The notes: a model not told the origin generated them from the letters alone. A stretch of 38,095 nt of DNA from an uncultured Synechococcus sp. (GCA_913050105.1 CAJWZN010000001.1:1-38095), one strand, 5' to 3'. Counted from the first letter of the stretch, positions 9,606 to 19,587 are shown. Program-made: numbers and translations.

Positions 9606-9976
9606 TGTCGAGCGAGTCGGAGTCGCTGACGGTCTTCTGTTACAGCCGCTGCAGTACATGCCGCAAAGCCCTCGCATGGCTCGATGCAGAGGGTATTGCT
9701 TATTCAGTGGTTGATATCACGTCAAATCCTCCGACTCGTGAGCAGATCAAATCTGCTGTCAATCAATTAGGGGACCGCAAGCTGCTGTTCAATACAAGTG
9801 GCAAAAGTTATCGCTCTGTGGGGGCTGCTGTTATCAAGGCGATGACTGAAGACGAAGCCCTCGATGCTTTGGCAGCAGATGGCCGCTTGATCAAGAGACC
9901 CTTTCTCCAGAGGTCCAATGGCGGTGTGTTGGTTGGTTTCAAGGCTGATCTCTGGGCTGAGACGTTGAAGGGTTGA
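9605..9976 (+). CDS. ArsC/Spx/YffB-family thioredoxin-fold protein
   Basis: CSTCRKA, LFNTSGKSYR, LIKRPF, VGF; TGATG coupling to the ferredoxin. Confidence 0.9.
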   Translation: MSSESESLTVFCYSRCSTCRKALAWLDAEGIAYSVVDITSNPPTREQIKSAVNQLGDRKLLFNTSGKSYRSVGAAVIKAMTEDEALDALAADGRLIKRPFLQRSNGGVLVGFKADLWAETLKG

Positions 9977-11405
9977 AATTCAAGCCGTCCAGTTCGCTGA
10001 TGAGTTCAGCCACTCCTCCCTGATCACGCAGCTGACGGAAGCTCGAAAGCTTCAGTTCCTCGAGCATGGAAGCCATCAGGATTTGGCTTCGTTCCAGAAT
10101 CGGACCATCTTCAAGGACCCGAGCCAGTTCTTCCCAGAACCGATCCAGGGTGTTCGTTCCGAGGCTGCTTAAGACCTCATCTTGTGTTCCCAGTCGTTCC
10201 CCGGTCCTGCGCGACACATTCAGCAGGGAATCCACAGCGCCGCTCGCGAGTTGTCGGCTGATTGATTCCGGTGCCAAACCCTCTGCGAGGTTATTGCGGA
10301 GCACGTGATGAAGCAGCTCCACCAGTTGGGGGCGCAGGGATGGTCCCACCTGAACCATGAGCAGCGGCACCCATAAGCGCAGCAATTCAATCAGTTCAGG
10401 CTGTGCCTTCAGATCTGTGCTCTGGTGTGAGCAGAGGCTGCGGATCCTTTGGGGGAGCTGGGGTGAGCGGATGAGCTGCTGTAGTGCGTCCACCACGCGG
10501 ATGGTGATCACCTCAAACAGCTCGAGGGCCAGTAGCGCCACCACACCTCGGCTGATCACAGCCCGCAGTGGCTCCAGCTGAATCAGATTGGCTGCCGACA
10601 ATCGTTCTGTCACCGGAACGATCCGCAACACCCTGCCGATTGGAAGCAGCAGGGGGAGATCGATCCATCGCCTCAGCAGCGCATCACGCCATCTGATCGC
10701 TGGATAGCGCTGTCGCAGACGCAGGCTTCTCAGGCCAATATCCAGCAAAAACAAGAGCTGGAAAGGGAGGTCAATCCTCCAACTCAGATCTGTTGGCTGA
10801 CCGCTGGCATCGATGCTTCTCCAGTAGTTGATCTCAACCAGGGGCAGAATCTGCCTCCGCCAGAACTGCCTTTCATCAGTCCAGGTCACTTGCTTCAGGT
10901 AGTCAGACCCCAGCAGCTGTGTTGCTGCCGCACGTGCCGATTCCTCCTCTGCTCTGGTGCGCAGCAGGCTTTTGATCTTTTCGAGGGCACCGGTGTTTCC
11001 AGAGCTCACAAAAGGGTTGGTGTCCATCAGCCGCTGCGTGAGCTCCAGCTGTTGTTCCAACAGTGAAATAACCAGCGGATCGCTTAATTCACGATTGTTG
11101 AGGGCCAGATCCAGGGCGTTGAACTGCTCTCTGTAAAGGCGGGTGCTGCGATGCGGCTCAATCCCTTTGACCTTGTCGTAGTGCGGTGTGATGTCTGGCA
11201 GCCAGGGCAATGGCACCACCAGTGGCAGCGTCGGGAGTGGATAAAGATTGCGCTGAAGCCAGAAATTTCGCAGGGGGATATAGCTGACGTCAAAGAGCAC
11301 CCAGGCCAGGTTGGCCACTGCTATCAGAGCAATGGTTTGGTCCCAGCGATGCCATGGACGCTGATGCGGTAGTCGGGGCAATCCCTGCCAGCGCGGTCGG
11401 ATCAT
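9939..11405 (-). CDS. Membrane protein with ion-transport (S1-S4)-like segments
   Basis: Long ORF; TM IALIAVANLAWVLFD, then LLFLLDIGLR, WIDLPLLLP, RVLRIV; ATG 11405 preferred, ORF open to 11459. Confidence 0.75.
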   Translation of the reverse strand: MIRPRWQGLPRLPHQRPWHRWDQTIALIAVANLAWVLFDVSYIPLRNFWLQRNLYPLPTLPLVVPLPWLPDITPHYDKVKGIEPHRSTRLYREQFNALDLALNNRELSDPLVISLLEQQLELTQRLMDTNPFVSSGNTGALEKIKSLLRTRAEEESARAAATQLLGSDYLKQVTWTDERQFWRRQILPLVEINYWRSIDASGQPTDLSWRIDLPFQLLFLLDIGLRSLRLRQRYPAIRWRDALLRRWIDLPLLLPIGRVLRIVPVTERLSAANLIQLEPLRAVISRGVVALLALELFEVITIRVVDALQQLIRSPQLPQRIRSLCSHQSTDLKAQPELIELLRLWVPLLMVQVGPSLRPQLVELLHHVLRNNLAEGLAPESISRQLASGAVDSLLNVSRRTGERLGTQDEVLSSLGTNTLDRFWEELARVLEDGPILERSQILMASMLEELKLSSFRQLRDQGGVAELISELDGLNFNPSTSQPRDQP

Positions 11406-11478
11406 CGGCAGATGCGGGGCGGCAGGGCTGCGCAGAACATCACCCCTATCGTGAACCAACTCTTCCCGAACAGGCCCG

Positions 11479-12156
11479 TTGGCAGTCGACGAATCAAAGA
11501 CGAAGGAGGCACAGCTTCATCCGTTCTGGGACTTCTGGGGCCCGATCGTGTTCATGTTGGCCCTCTATCTGGGTATTCGTCAGTTTCTGGTCGAAGCCCG
11601 CTACATCCCGTCCGGCTCAATGCAGCCGGGTCTGAAGATTCAGGATCGATTGCTGGTCGACAAAATCACGTACAAAACCAGATCTCCGCAGCGCGGGGAG
11701 ATCGTGGTGTTCAATTCCCCCTATGCGTTTGATCCAGCGTTGCGATCGCCGCAGAAGCCTTCCGCTTTGATCTGCGGCCTGGTGAACCTGCCGTTACTGG
11801 GTCTTATTCCCGGTCTCGGCGATCCCGCATGTGATGCCTACATCAAGCGAGTGGTTGGGGTGGCCGGAGACCGTGTCGTTGTTGGCCCAACCGGTGGGGT
11901 CATCCTCAACGGAGAGCCATTGGAGGAGCCTTACGTAGAACAACGCTGCCCGTTAAACGTTCAGGGAATGAGCCCCTGCCGCACCCTCAGCATCACCGTG
12001 CCTGAAGGCTCAGTGCTTGTGCTGGGGGACAATCGCGCCAACAGCTGGGACAGCCGCTTCTGGCCTGGAAGTCCATTCCTTCCACAGCAAGAGATTCTCG
12101 GCAGGGCCGTCGTTCGCTTCTGGCCGCCGAACCGAATCGGTTTACTCAGCGACTGA
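11479..12156 (+). CDS. lepB: Signal peptidase I
   Basis: YIPSGSM (catalytic Ser), DRLLVDK, YIKRVVG (catalytic Lys), LGDNRANSWDSR. Confidence 0.96.
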   Translation: MAVDESKTKEAQLHPFWDFWGPIVFMLALYLGIRQFLVEARYIPSGSMQPGLKIQDRLLVDKITYKTRSPQRGEIVVFNSPYAFDPALRSPQKPSALICGLVNLPLLGLIPGLGDPACDAYIKRVVGVAGDRVVVGPTGGVILNGEPLEEPYVEQRCPLNVQGMSPCRTLSITVPEGSVLVLGDNRANSWDSRFWPGSPFLPQQEILGRAVVRFWPPNRIGLLSD

Positions 12157-13405
12157 GGCCGCAGGCCGTTACGCGGCCCTGGAGTGTTTCCCCTAGCCAG
12201 GGGAGATTGGCGGCTCCCGGTGCTGCAGGATCGTCGCGGCACACCGTCCAGTGATGGTTGGGGTCAAACAGCAACCAGCGTCGACTGCCAACCGTCAGCG
12301 TTTCCGCTGGTCTGTCCAGGAAGGCTGAGGGGCCGAAGCTGAGGGCCTGCCACAGCTCTTCAACGCTGAAACTTCCCTCTCGCACCAGGGCCGACCAGAG
12401 GGCAGGAAGCACCAGGTGGTGGCCACTCAGGCCAGGGGGTCGTTGATCGATCGGCAGCAGCATGTCCTCCTGATCCAGAGGAACAGCGTGCACCGCAACG
12501 GCATGAATCAGTCCGTCCCGAAGGGCCGATCGCAAACTGCTGCGGTCTGTTTTGCCCCCCAGAGATGGACGTATGCCCCAACCTGGCTCTGCGCCACCAA
12601 GAGAGCCACGATCCGCCAGAAGGTGCCACCAGCACACACTGGATAACGGTCGTGCTTCGACCTGTTGCAGCGCGTTAACGGCCTCTCCGGTGGAAAGGTT
12701 CATCAGGCGCAGTTGACGATCAGGATGGCGTTGTTGGAGGGTCAGCAGCTGGTTCAGGGGCTGCAGCTCACTGGCCAGGGGGTCCGGTGGCCAGCCAGCC
12801 CTGAGAGTTTCGACGCCCTCTCGCACGAAACCGTCACCCTGCAGAAGGGGATCTCTGGCGGCAAGAAGCACTGGGCAAGACCCCATTTCTCCCAGTGCCA
12901 GTCCCCGTTCCAGTAACGCGATCGGGATCATCTGATCGTCGTCTGCCAGTCCGATGGCTCCGTGTTCGAGCAGGTCTGCATGGGGTGCCAGCTCCTCCCC
13001 GCGTCCACCGATGCTGAAACCTCCCCAGAGGGGAAGGTGTACGTCCGATGGATCAATGCTGAGAAGACCGAACAACCGTTCCGGCTGGTCTCGCCAGCTG
13101 TCTGCTCTTGGCAGCAGGGCCACCTGGCCGTAGCCGCCGGCGGCGGCGCAGCGGCGCAGGCTTGTCAGGGTCTCCAGGGTCCCGCTCACTGGGGTTGGGA
13201 GCAGTGAATGGGGGTCCACCAGGCATGGCGCCAGGAGTTGATCAGGTGCAGATGTTGGGTTGAGCCCCAACGCTATGCCGCGTTCCCGGGCCTCGTCATC
13301 GAAGCCGATGAGAACTCCCCCCTCAATCAAAACGGCTCCCTGCTGCAGCGGGATCCCAGGACCACGCAAGATCCGAACCGGATCCAGCAACAGGGTGTCT
13401 TGCAT
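12146..13405 (-). CDS. Dihydroorotase-like protein, probably inactive (PyrC'-type)
   Basis: PCLVDPHS, AAAGGYGQV..LP, RPSLG, ALSFGP..FL, LQGRV; HxH and DHAP motifs degenerate. Confidence 0.85.
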   Translation of the reverse strand: MQDTLLLDPVRILRGPGIPLQQGAVLIEGGVLIGFDDEARERGIALGLNPTSAPDQLLAPCLVDPHSLLPTPVSGTLETLTSLRRCAAAGGYGQVALLPRADSWRDQPERLFGLLSIDPSDVHLPLWGGFSIGGRGEELAPHADLLEHGAIGLADDDQMIPIALLERGLALGEMGSCPVLLAARDPLLQGDGFVREGVETLRAGWPPDPLASELQPLNQLLTLQQRHPDRQLRLMNLSTGEAVNALQQVEARPLSSVCWWHLLADRGSLGGAEPGWGIRPSLGGKTDRSSLRSALRDGLIHAVAVHAVPLDQEDMLLPIDQRPPGLSGHHLVLPALWSALVREGSFSVEELWQALSFGPSAFLDRPAETLTVGSRRWLLFDPNHHWTVCRDDPAAPGAANLPWLGETLQGRVTACGLSR

Positions 13406-13409
13406 GGGA

Positions 13410-14738
13410 TCAGAGGGCGCCCGCCGCGGTTCGGTCGATCACGCTGCCGAAGTGGGAGGTGAGATTCAGGCAGGTCACCACTGCAGGCTGGCCTGGATCG
13501 TCAGCGATGTCGACCACCGTCACGCCGCCATTGCCTTGCTTCACAGCCCAGATATCGGCTGGTGTTAGGCCAAGGAGATCGCAGAGAATGGTTTTGTTGA
13601 CGGCGTCATGGGCCACCACCAGAGCGGTTTCGTTGGGCTTGAGCCCGTTCGCGATCTCTTTCCAGCTGTTCACTGACCGGGTCCAGACGTCCTGGATGGT
13701 TTCTCCTTCCGGCATCTGCACCGTTTCAGGGGATGTCTTCCAGGTGTCAAGAAGTTCCGCCCAGTCGGCGCGGATTTCTGATTCGAGCTTTCCTTCCCAT
13801 ACCCCGTGCCCGATCTCCACGAGTCCGTCGATCTGTGTGAGAGGCACATCGGAGTGAGCCTCGAGGATGATCCGTGCGGTTTCGGTTGGGCGGGAGAGGG
13901 TGCTGCTCCAGGCTCGATCGATCGCAACGTCTTTTAAAAAGTCTCCGGCCGCGGCAGCTTGACGTCGACCATTGTCATTGAGAGGAATGTCGATCTGTCC
14001 TTGAAATCGTCCGGCTTTGTTCCAGTCGGTTTCGCCATGTCGCACCAGGATCAGCCTTGCGCCCTTGCTTCTCGCCGGCAGAGGTTGCAGGTGAGTGGTG
14101 CTGTTCAGACATTCGATCTGAACCTGAGGCCCATTGGTTCCAGGCCGCAGGTTGAACACCGAAAGTGATGTGTTGTCGACCCGAAGCCGTCGAAATCCAT
14201 GCTCGGGTTCCCCAAGCATTGTCAGCATCAGACAGCGCAGAATCGCATTGTGGGCGACGACCAGCACGGTGCTGTCCTGCTCCACAGGATGACGTTCGAT
14301 AAGCGTGTGGATGAACCCCCGGGCTTGCTGCATCAGCTCGGCCAGAGGTCTGTAGCGGCTTCCATCACGCCGCTGTAATTCCAGCTCAAGTGGTTGTTGT
14401 TTCCAGATGCCGTAGGCCTCGGGATGCTGGTCTTTGAGTTCATCGATGCTCATTCCGGCCCAGGGCTCGAGATCCACCTCAAGCAGGCCGTCATCAAAAA
14501 CCGTGGCGGGGGCCTGGCCGCCGCGGGCTTCCAACAGTGATGCCGTGGTGGCTGCGGCGCGCTGCAGCCTTGAGCTGTAAATCGCATCCAGCGACACATC
14601 CCCCAGGCTGGCCCCAAGACATCGGGCCTGTTCATGACCCTGGTCGCTCAGATTGGATTGGTCGTCACGACCCTGGATGCGACGGTCCAGGTTGAAGCTG
14701 CTCAGACCGTGGCGGACCAGGAGTAGACGGAGGGTCAC
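13410..14738 (-). CDS. Tandem-domain histidine phosphatase (phosphoserine phosphatase/GpmB-like)
   Basis: Two RHG motifs (LVRHGLS, LVRHGETDWN) and two VVAH motifs. Confidence 0.9.
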   Translation of the reverse strand: MTLRLLLVRHGLSSFNLDRRIQGRDDQSNLSDQGHEQARCLGASLGDVSLDAIYSSRLQRAAATTASLLEARGGQAPATVFDDGLLEVDLEPWAGMSIDELKDQHPEAYGIWKQQPLELELQRRDGSRYRPLAELMQQARGFIHTLIERHPVEQDSTVLVVAHNAILRCLMLTMLGEPEHGFRRLRVDNTSLSVFNLRPGTNGPQVQIECLNSTTHLQPLPARSKGARLILVRHGETDWNKAGRFQGQIDIPLNDNGRRQAAAAGDFLKDVAIDRAWSSTLSRPTETARIILEAHSDVPLTQIDGLVEIGHGVWEGKLESEIRADWAELLDTWKTSPETVQMPEGETIQDVWTRSVNSWKEIANGLKPNETALVVAHDAVNKTILCDLLGLTPADIWAVKQGNGGVTVVDIADDPGQPAVVTCLNLTSHFGSVIDRTAAGAL

Positions 14739-14814
14739 GGTGCAGGATCATGGCGCGGCCATCGTATGGGTCAAGCGATTCCAGGGGACAATCAGCTGCA
14801 GTTGAGCTGACCGG

Positions 14815-16071
14815 GTGTCGTCCAGTTCCCAACGCCAAGCCCAGCCCGCCTGGAAAGTTCTGCTTGGGCTGCTGTCCCTGGTCATGGCTGCCCTGATCTG
14901 GTTTTCAGGCCTTGTCAGCAGCCTTTCGCGTCCGTCGGTGGCCCCGAGCCTCAATCTGCAGCAGCAGGAGATCACCGTTCTGGCGGAGCCCGCTGTGCCG
15001 TCTTCCCTGGTTCCGCTGCTTCTAGGGGATGGGAACCCCCGCATGGCTCTGCGGCAGTCGCTGGAGGAAATATCATCGGATCAACGCAGTTCGAGGCAGA
15101 CGCAGCTGCTTGAGCTGTTGGCCGGACGGTCCGTTGCTGTTCCTGCAGATGCTGATGCTCTGTTGAAACTGCTGGACTGCGGGGCCCAGGGTGGTTCTCA
15201 GACCGAATGCAGTGACCCTGCCGTGGCACGCACTGCCCTGGTGAGGCTGGCGGTCAGTGCATTGCTTCCCCTGCTGACAGCGCTCGCAGGCACTTTGCTG
15301 CTGGTCATCCAGGGCTGGCGTTTATGGCGTGGTCGTGCGGAACCCTGGCCCGAACTGCGCGGTCCAATGCTGACTCTTCTGGATATGGCGCTGTTGGTTG
15401 CGGGTGGCTTTGTCGTGGTCAGCGCCGTGGCTGTTCCTCTTGTGGTGCTTCCTCTGGTCGGAACGTTGACCGCCTCCCTGGCCAGTCCACGCCGTGAGGC
15501 TGTGGGTGTCGTCATCAATTACGGCTTGATGGCGCTGCCGAGTCTGCTGATCTTGCGGCGACAGCTGGCCTCCTGTCCCGAGCAAGATCGTCCAGTCGAG
15601 GGATGGCTGCAGTGGCGCATCAAGCCGCTCGCCTCCGCTGTCTTGGCAGCGCTGAGTGGGTGGCTTCGCATCACCCCTGTGGTGATCCTGACCGGTTGGC
15701 TGTTGGTCAAGGTCGTTGGCGATCCAGGTGGCAGCAACCCCTTGCTCGAGCTGGTGTTGGGCAGTCGCGATCCGTTGGCACTGGCTCTGCTCGCGTTCAC
15801 CGCAGTCGTTCTCGCTCCTCTGTTCGAGGAGGTCATCTTTCGTGGCACTCTCCTCCCTGTGCTGGCCCGTCGCTTCGGTCCTCTCGCTGGCGTTCTGTGG
15901 TCAGGCCTGTTGTTTGGCATGGCCCACATCAGCATCGGAGAACTGGCTCCGCTCACCGTTCTGGGGGTTGGTCTCGGGGTGGTTCGAATGAGCAGTGGAC
16001 GGTTGCTTCCCAGCGTGCTGATGCATGGCACCTGGAATGCCGTGACGTTTCTGAATCTGCTTTTGCTTTGA
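14815..16071 (+). CDS. CPBP (CAAX/Abi) family intramembrane metalloprotease
   Basis: APLFEEVIFRG, FGMAH, MHGTWN; many TM helices. Confidence 0.93.
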   Translation: MSSSSQRQAQPAWKVLLGLLSLVMAALIWFSGLVSSLSRPSVAPSLNLQQQEITVLAEPAVPSSLVPLLLGDGNPRMALRQSLEEISSDQRSSRQTQLLELLAGRSVAVPADADALLKLLDCGAQGGSQTECSDPAVARTALVRLAVSALLPLLTALAGTLLLVIQGWRLWRGRAEPWPELRGPMLTLLDMALLVAGGFVVVSAVAVPLVVLPLVGTLTASLASPRREAVGVVINYGLMALPSLLILRRQLASCPEQDRPVEGWLQWRIKPLASAVLAALSGWLRITPVVILTGWLLVKVVGDPGGSNPLLELVLGSRDPLALALLAFTAVVLAPLFEEVIFRGTLLPVLARRFGPLAGVLWSGLLFGMAHISIGELAPLTVLGVGLGVVRMSSGRLLPSVLMHGTWNAVTFLNLLLL

Positions 16072-16112
16072 GGCTTGCCCCAGGCAGGTGCGGATGGTTC
16101 ACTGACCCATTG

Positions 16113-16553
16113 ATGGTTCAGCCAAGGGTGGCCTCATCCAATCAGCGCTTCTCGATGAGTGCTCTACAGCTGATTCAGGGCTCCTTCTCTGCCGGAAGAA
16201 TTACCCGACGGTCCCCTTGGGTGGGTGGGATGCACCGTCTTGCGGACGGCACTTTGCTGGGTGTTTTCGCCGCATTGGCTGTTCTTGCAGGTCTCACGCT
16301 GCATTGGCAACATCGCTGGACGATGGCGTTCCAGCGCTTTGAGGCCACCAAGTTGTTGTCTCATCGGCTGACGGAATCGACGGCTCTGCTGGAGCAGCAT
16401 TGGCTGGACAGCACAAACAGCCCGTCTCGGTTTGTTCCCACCAAGGTGACGAACCTCATTCATCTTGAGCGTTCCCCCGTCTCGTCCTCGAATCCTTCGG
16501 TCGCCGCAGCTCCGAATGACCCATCAATACCGAGGGTTCGTCCGGGGTACTGA
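16113..16553 (+). CDS. Bitopic membrane protein with coiled coil, FtsL-like candidate
   Basis: 3' part of the 316-aa track ORF; ATG 16113 or 16155; one TM followed by heptads; stop overlaps the ftsI ATG. Confidence 0.7.
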   Translation: MVQPRVASSNQRFSMSALQLIQGSFSAGRITRRSPWVGGMHRLADGTLLGVFAALAVLAGLTLHWQHRWTMAFQRFEATKLLSHRLTESTALLEQHWLDSTNSPSRFVPTKVTNLIHLERSPVSSSNPSVAAAPNDPSIPRVRPGY

Positions 16554-18352
16554 TGCGAGCTAGATCGTCTTCGTCAGTTCGGAAGAGGCCTCGTCCCCGG
16601 GTCGTTCCTTTGGCCCAAGTGCCGTCTCGTCGCCTTTGGATCGTTTTCCTCATCCTCTGCACAGGATTGACTGGATTGATCGGGCGCATGGCCTGGCTGC
16701 AGCTGGTTCAGACAGGTGCGCTCGAAGCCCGTGCCCGCCGTCTGCAGACGCAGACAAGCACTCCTCTGGGAACACGTCGCCCGATCGTGGATCGCACCGG
16801 TCGGCTGGTTGCGATGGATGAGAAGCGCTTTCGCCTTTGGGCCCATCCTCGTTACTTCAATCTCCCCGGTGACGATCCTGGACGGGTGCGGCCTCCAGAG
16901 GATGTGGTGACACTTCTTGCGGCGCCTCTGTCTCGTTCGGCTGAAAGTCTGCGCGTTGAACTTGGGGACCAACGATCAGGGGTGAGGCTTGCAGAAGGAC
17001 TGGATCCCGAGACGGCAGATCGCATACGTGGTCTTGGGATCAGCGGTCTTGACCTTGAGGCGTACCCCCAGAGGGTCTATCCCCAAGGGTCGCTCTTCGC
17101 CAATGTCGTTGGTTTTCTCAACGATGAGCGGGTCCCCCAGGCGGGGCTTGAGCAGAGTCGCCACGACGACCTTCTCAGGCATGAACAATCTCAACGTCTC
17201 CGCAGGGGAGCCGATGGCACCCCGCTCCCTGATGATCTCAACCCTGGAGCGTTTTATGGCGATGATCTACGCCTCCAGCTGACACTCGATGCACGTCTGC
17301 AGGAACTGGCGGCGAAAGCTCTTGCGGCGCAGGTTGCGACATGGAAAGCCAAGAAGGGCGCTGCGATCGTCATGGATGTCACCAATGGTGAGCTGTTGGT
17401 GCTGGCATCGACTCCCACCTATGACCCCAACCGCTACTGGCGATTTTCACCGGCTCGCTTCCGCGAGTGGTCGGTTCAGGATCTCTATGAACCAGGTTCA
17501 ACGTTCAAGCCGATCAATCTGGCCTTAGCGCTTGAGGAGAAAGTGATCGCTCCGGAGGATCGGGTTCATGACACGGGCAGGATCACCATCGGCGGCTGGC
17601 CGATCAGCAACCACGACAGAAAAGCCAATGGGCATGTGGGCTTGGCCAAGGTCCTCCAGGTGTCCAGCAACGTCGGCATGGTGCGCGCCATGGGCCGGAT
17701 GAAGACCGATGTGTACTGGGACTGGATGAACCGGCTTGAAATTGATCAACGTCCGGATACTGATCTTCCCGGTGCCGTTGCCGGTCAGTTGAAAAGCAAG
17801 GAACAGTTCGTCACCCATCCGATCGAGCCGGCGACGACCGCCTTCGGACAGGGGTTTGCCTTGACACCCCTCAAGCTGGTGCAGCTGCATGCGCTCCTGG
17901 CCAATGGTGGTCGGTTGGTCAGTCCCCACATCACCAGAGGATTTCGCTCCGGGGCTGCTCTGGCTCCACCTGCATCACCATCGGGACGAAAACTGCTCAG
18001 CCCTGAGGTGGCTTCCACGGTGCTGTCCTGGATGGAGTCGGTGGTTGAGCAGGGCAGTGGTGTGGGCGTGAAGACGCCGGGTTATCGCATCGGCGGCAAG
18101 ACAGGAACGGCTCAGAAAGCTCTGAACGGGGTCTATCTGCCGGGAGCCAAAATCTGCAGTTTTGTAGCGACCCTTCCCATCGAGGCACCCCGCTATGTGG
18201 TTTTTGTCGCTGTGGATGAGCCACAGGGTGCCCACGCCTACGGCTCCACCGTGGCCGTACCAGTGGCAAAACAGATCATTGATGCCCTGCTTGTTGTCGA
18301 AAAGATCAGCCCATCAAAACCTGCAGAATTGAACAAGACATTGATGAGCTGA
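16553..18352 (+). CDS. ftsI: Class B penicillin-binding protein (FtsI/PBP3)
   Basis: N-terminal TM, RRPIVDRTG, RVYPQG, EPGSTFK (SxxK), SSN, KTGT. Confidence 0.93.
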   Translation: MRARSSSSVRKRPRPRVVPLAQVPSRRLWIVFLILCTGLTGLIGRMAWLQLVQTGALEARARRLQTQTSTPLGTRRPIVDRTGRLVAMDEKRFRLWAHPRYFNLPGDDPGRVRPPEDVVTLLAAPLSRSAESLRVELGDQRSGVRLAEGLDPETADRIRGLGISGLDLEAYPQRVYPQGSLFANVVGFLNDERVPQAGLEQSRHDDLLRHEQSQRLRRGADGTPLPDDLNPGAFYGDDLRLQLTLDARLQELAAKALAAQVATWKAKKGAAIVMDVTNGELLVLASTPTYDPNRYWRFSPARFREWSVQDLYEPGSTFKPINLALALEEKVIAPEDRVHDTGRITIGGWPISNHDRKANGHVGLAKVLQVSSNVGMVRAMGRMKTDVYWDWMNRLEIDQRPDTDLPGAVAGQLKSKEQFVTHPIEPATTAFGQGFALTPLKLVQLHALLANGGRLVSPHITRGFRSGAALAPPASPSGRKLLSPEVASTVLSWMESVVEQGSGVGVKTPGYRIGGKTGTAQKALNGVYLPGAKICSFVATLPIEAPRYVVFVAVDEPQGAHAYGSTVAVPVAKQIIDALLVVEKISPSKPAELNKTLMS

Positions 18353-18400
18353 CGGATCGGCCAACCCCGCTACGTTGTAGATAACAGGACCTGTGTGGCA

Positions 18401-19573
18401 ATGGTTTCTCTGCTTGATCAACTGTCCGAGATGACCGTCGTGGTGGCGGATACAGGCGATCTTGAGGCGATTCGTAAATTTACACCTAGAGACGCAACTA
18501 CCAATCCTTCATTAATTCTTGCTGCTGCTCAAATTCCTGCTTACCAGAGCTTGATTGATGAAGCTCTTCGTTCTTCAAGGCGGCTGATCGGTAGTAATGC
18601 ACCCGTGGAGGATGTGGTGCATGAAGCCCTCGATGAAATCAGCGTAATTTTCGGGAAGGAGATTCTCAAGATTGTTCCCGGACGAGTGTCCACCGAAGTT
18701 GATGCCAGGCTGAGCTGGGATACGGCCGCCACGGTGGAGAAAGGTCGGAAGTTGATCCGCCTTTACAACGATGCCGGGATCAGCAATGACCGTGTTCTCA
18801 TCAAAATTGCTTCGACATGGGAAGGAATTAAAGCTGCGGAAATTCTTGAGCGTGAAGGGATTCATTGCAACCTCACACTCCTATTCGGTTTTGGCCAAGC
18901 CGTGGCCTGCGCTGAAGCTGGAGTTACCTTGATCTCTCCATTCGTAGGTCGGATTCTCGATTGGTTTAAAGCTGATACAGGTCGTGATTCATATCCTGGG
19001 CCTGAGGATCCAGGTGTGATTTCAGTGACCCGAATCTTCAACTACTACAAGACGTTCGGTTACACCACTGAAGTAATGGGCGCCAGCTTCCGCAATCTTG
19101 ACGAAATCACCGAGCTGGCTGGATGCGATCTGTTGACGATTTCCCCCAAACTTCTTGATCAACTTCGCGAAAGCCCCGCAGTTCTTCAGCGCAAACTTGA
19201 TGCCGCATCATCGAGCTGCAAGGAAGACCAGATTCATGTGGATCGTGAACGCTTTGATGCGTTGATGGTTGATGATCGGATGGCTTCCGACAAGTTGAGT
19301 GAAGGGATCAAAGGCTTCAGTAAGGCAATCGAAACTCTTGAGCAGCAACTTGCCCACCGTTTGGCCGAAGTGGAGGGAGGAGCCGCTTTCGGCCATGCAG
19401 TTCAGGAAATATTTCTACTGAACGATTTCAATGGTGATGGATGTATCACCCGTGATGAGTGGCTGGGAAGTGATGCTGTGTTTGATGCTCTTGATCTCGA
19501 CCATGATGGACGTCTTTCCCAAGAAGATATTCGTCGTGGCTTCGGCGCAGCTTTGACGCTGACTGCAGCCTGA
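18401..19573 (+). CDS. tal: Transaldolase with C-terminal EF-hand pair
   Basis: [52 protein letters not shown]; [12 protein letters not shown] and [12 protein letters not shown]. Confidence 0.98.
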   Translation: MVSLLDQLSEMTVVVADTGDLEAIRKFTPRDATTNPSLILAAAQIPAYQSLIDEALRSSRRLIGSNAPVEDVVHEALDEISVIFGKEILKIVPGRVSTEVDARLSWDTAATVEKGRKLIRLYNDAGISNDRVLIKIASTWEGIKAAEILEREGIHCNLTLLFGFGQAVACAEAGVTLISPFVGRILDWFKADTGRDSYPGPEDPGVISVTRIFNYYKTFGYTTEVMGASFRNLDEITELAGCDLLTISPKLLDQLRESPAVLQRKLDAASSSCKEDQIHVDRERFDALMVDDRMASDKLSEGIKGFSKAIETLEQQLAHRLAEVEGGAAFGHAVQEIFLLNDFNGDGCITRDEWLGSDAVFDALDLDHDGRLSQEDIRRGFGAALTLTAA

Positions 19574-19587
19574 CCCAATCCATCACG

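Noticed and set aside
14815-16071. CPBP/Abi protein as anti-phage defence
   Set aside because: The Abi label for this family is historical; the context is housekeeping and no defence partners are present.
15603-16112. N-terminal 170 aa of the 316-aa ORF
   Set aside because: Off-frame overlap with the CPBP protease; only the part from 16113 looks like a protein.
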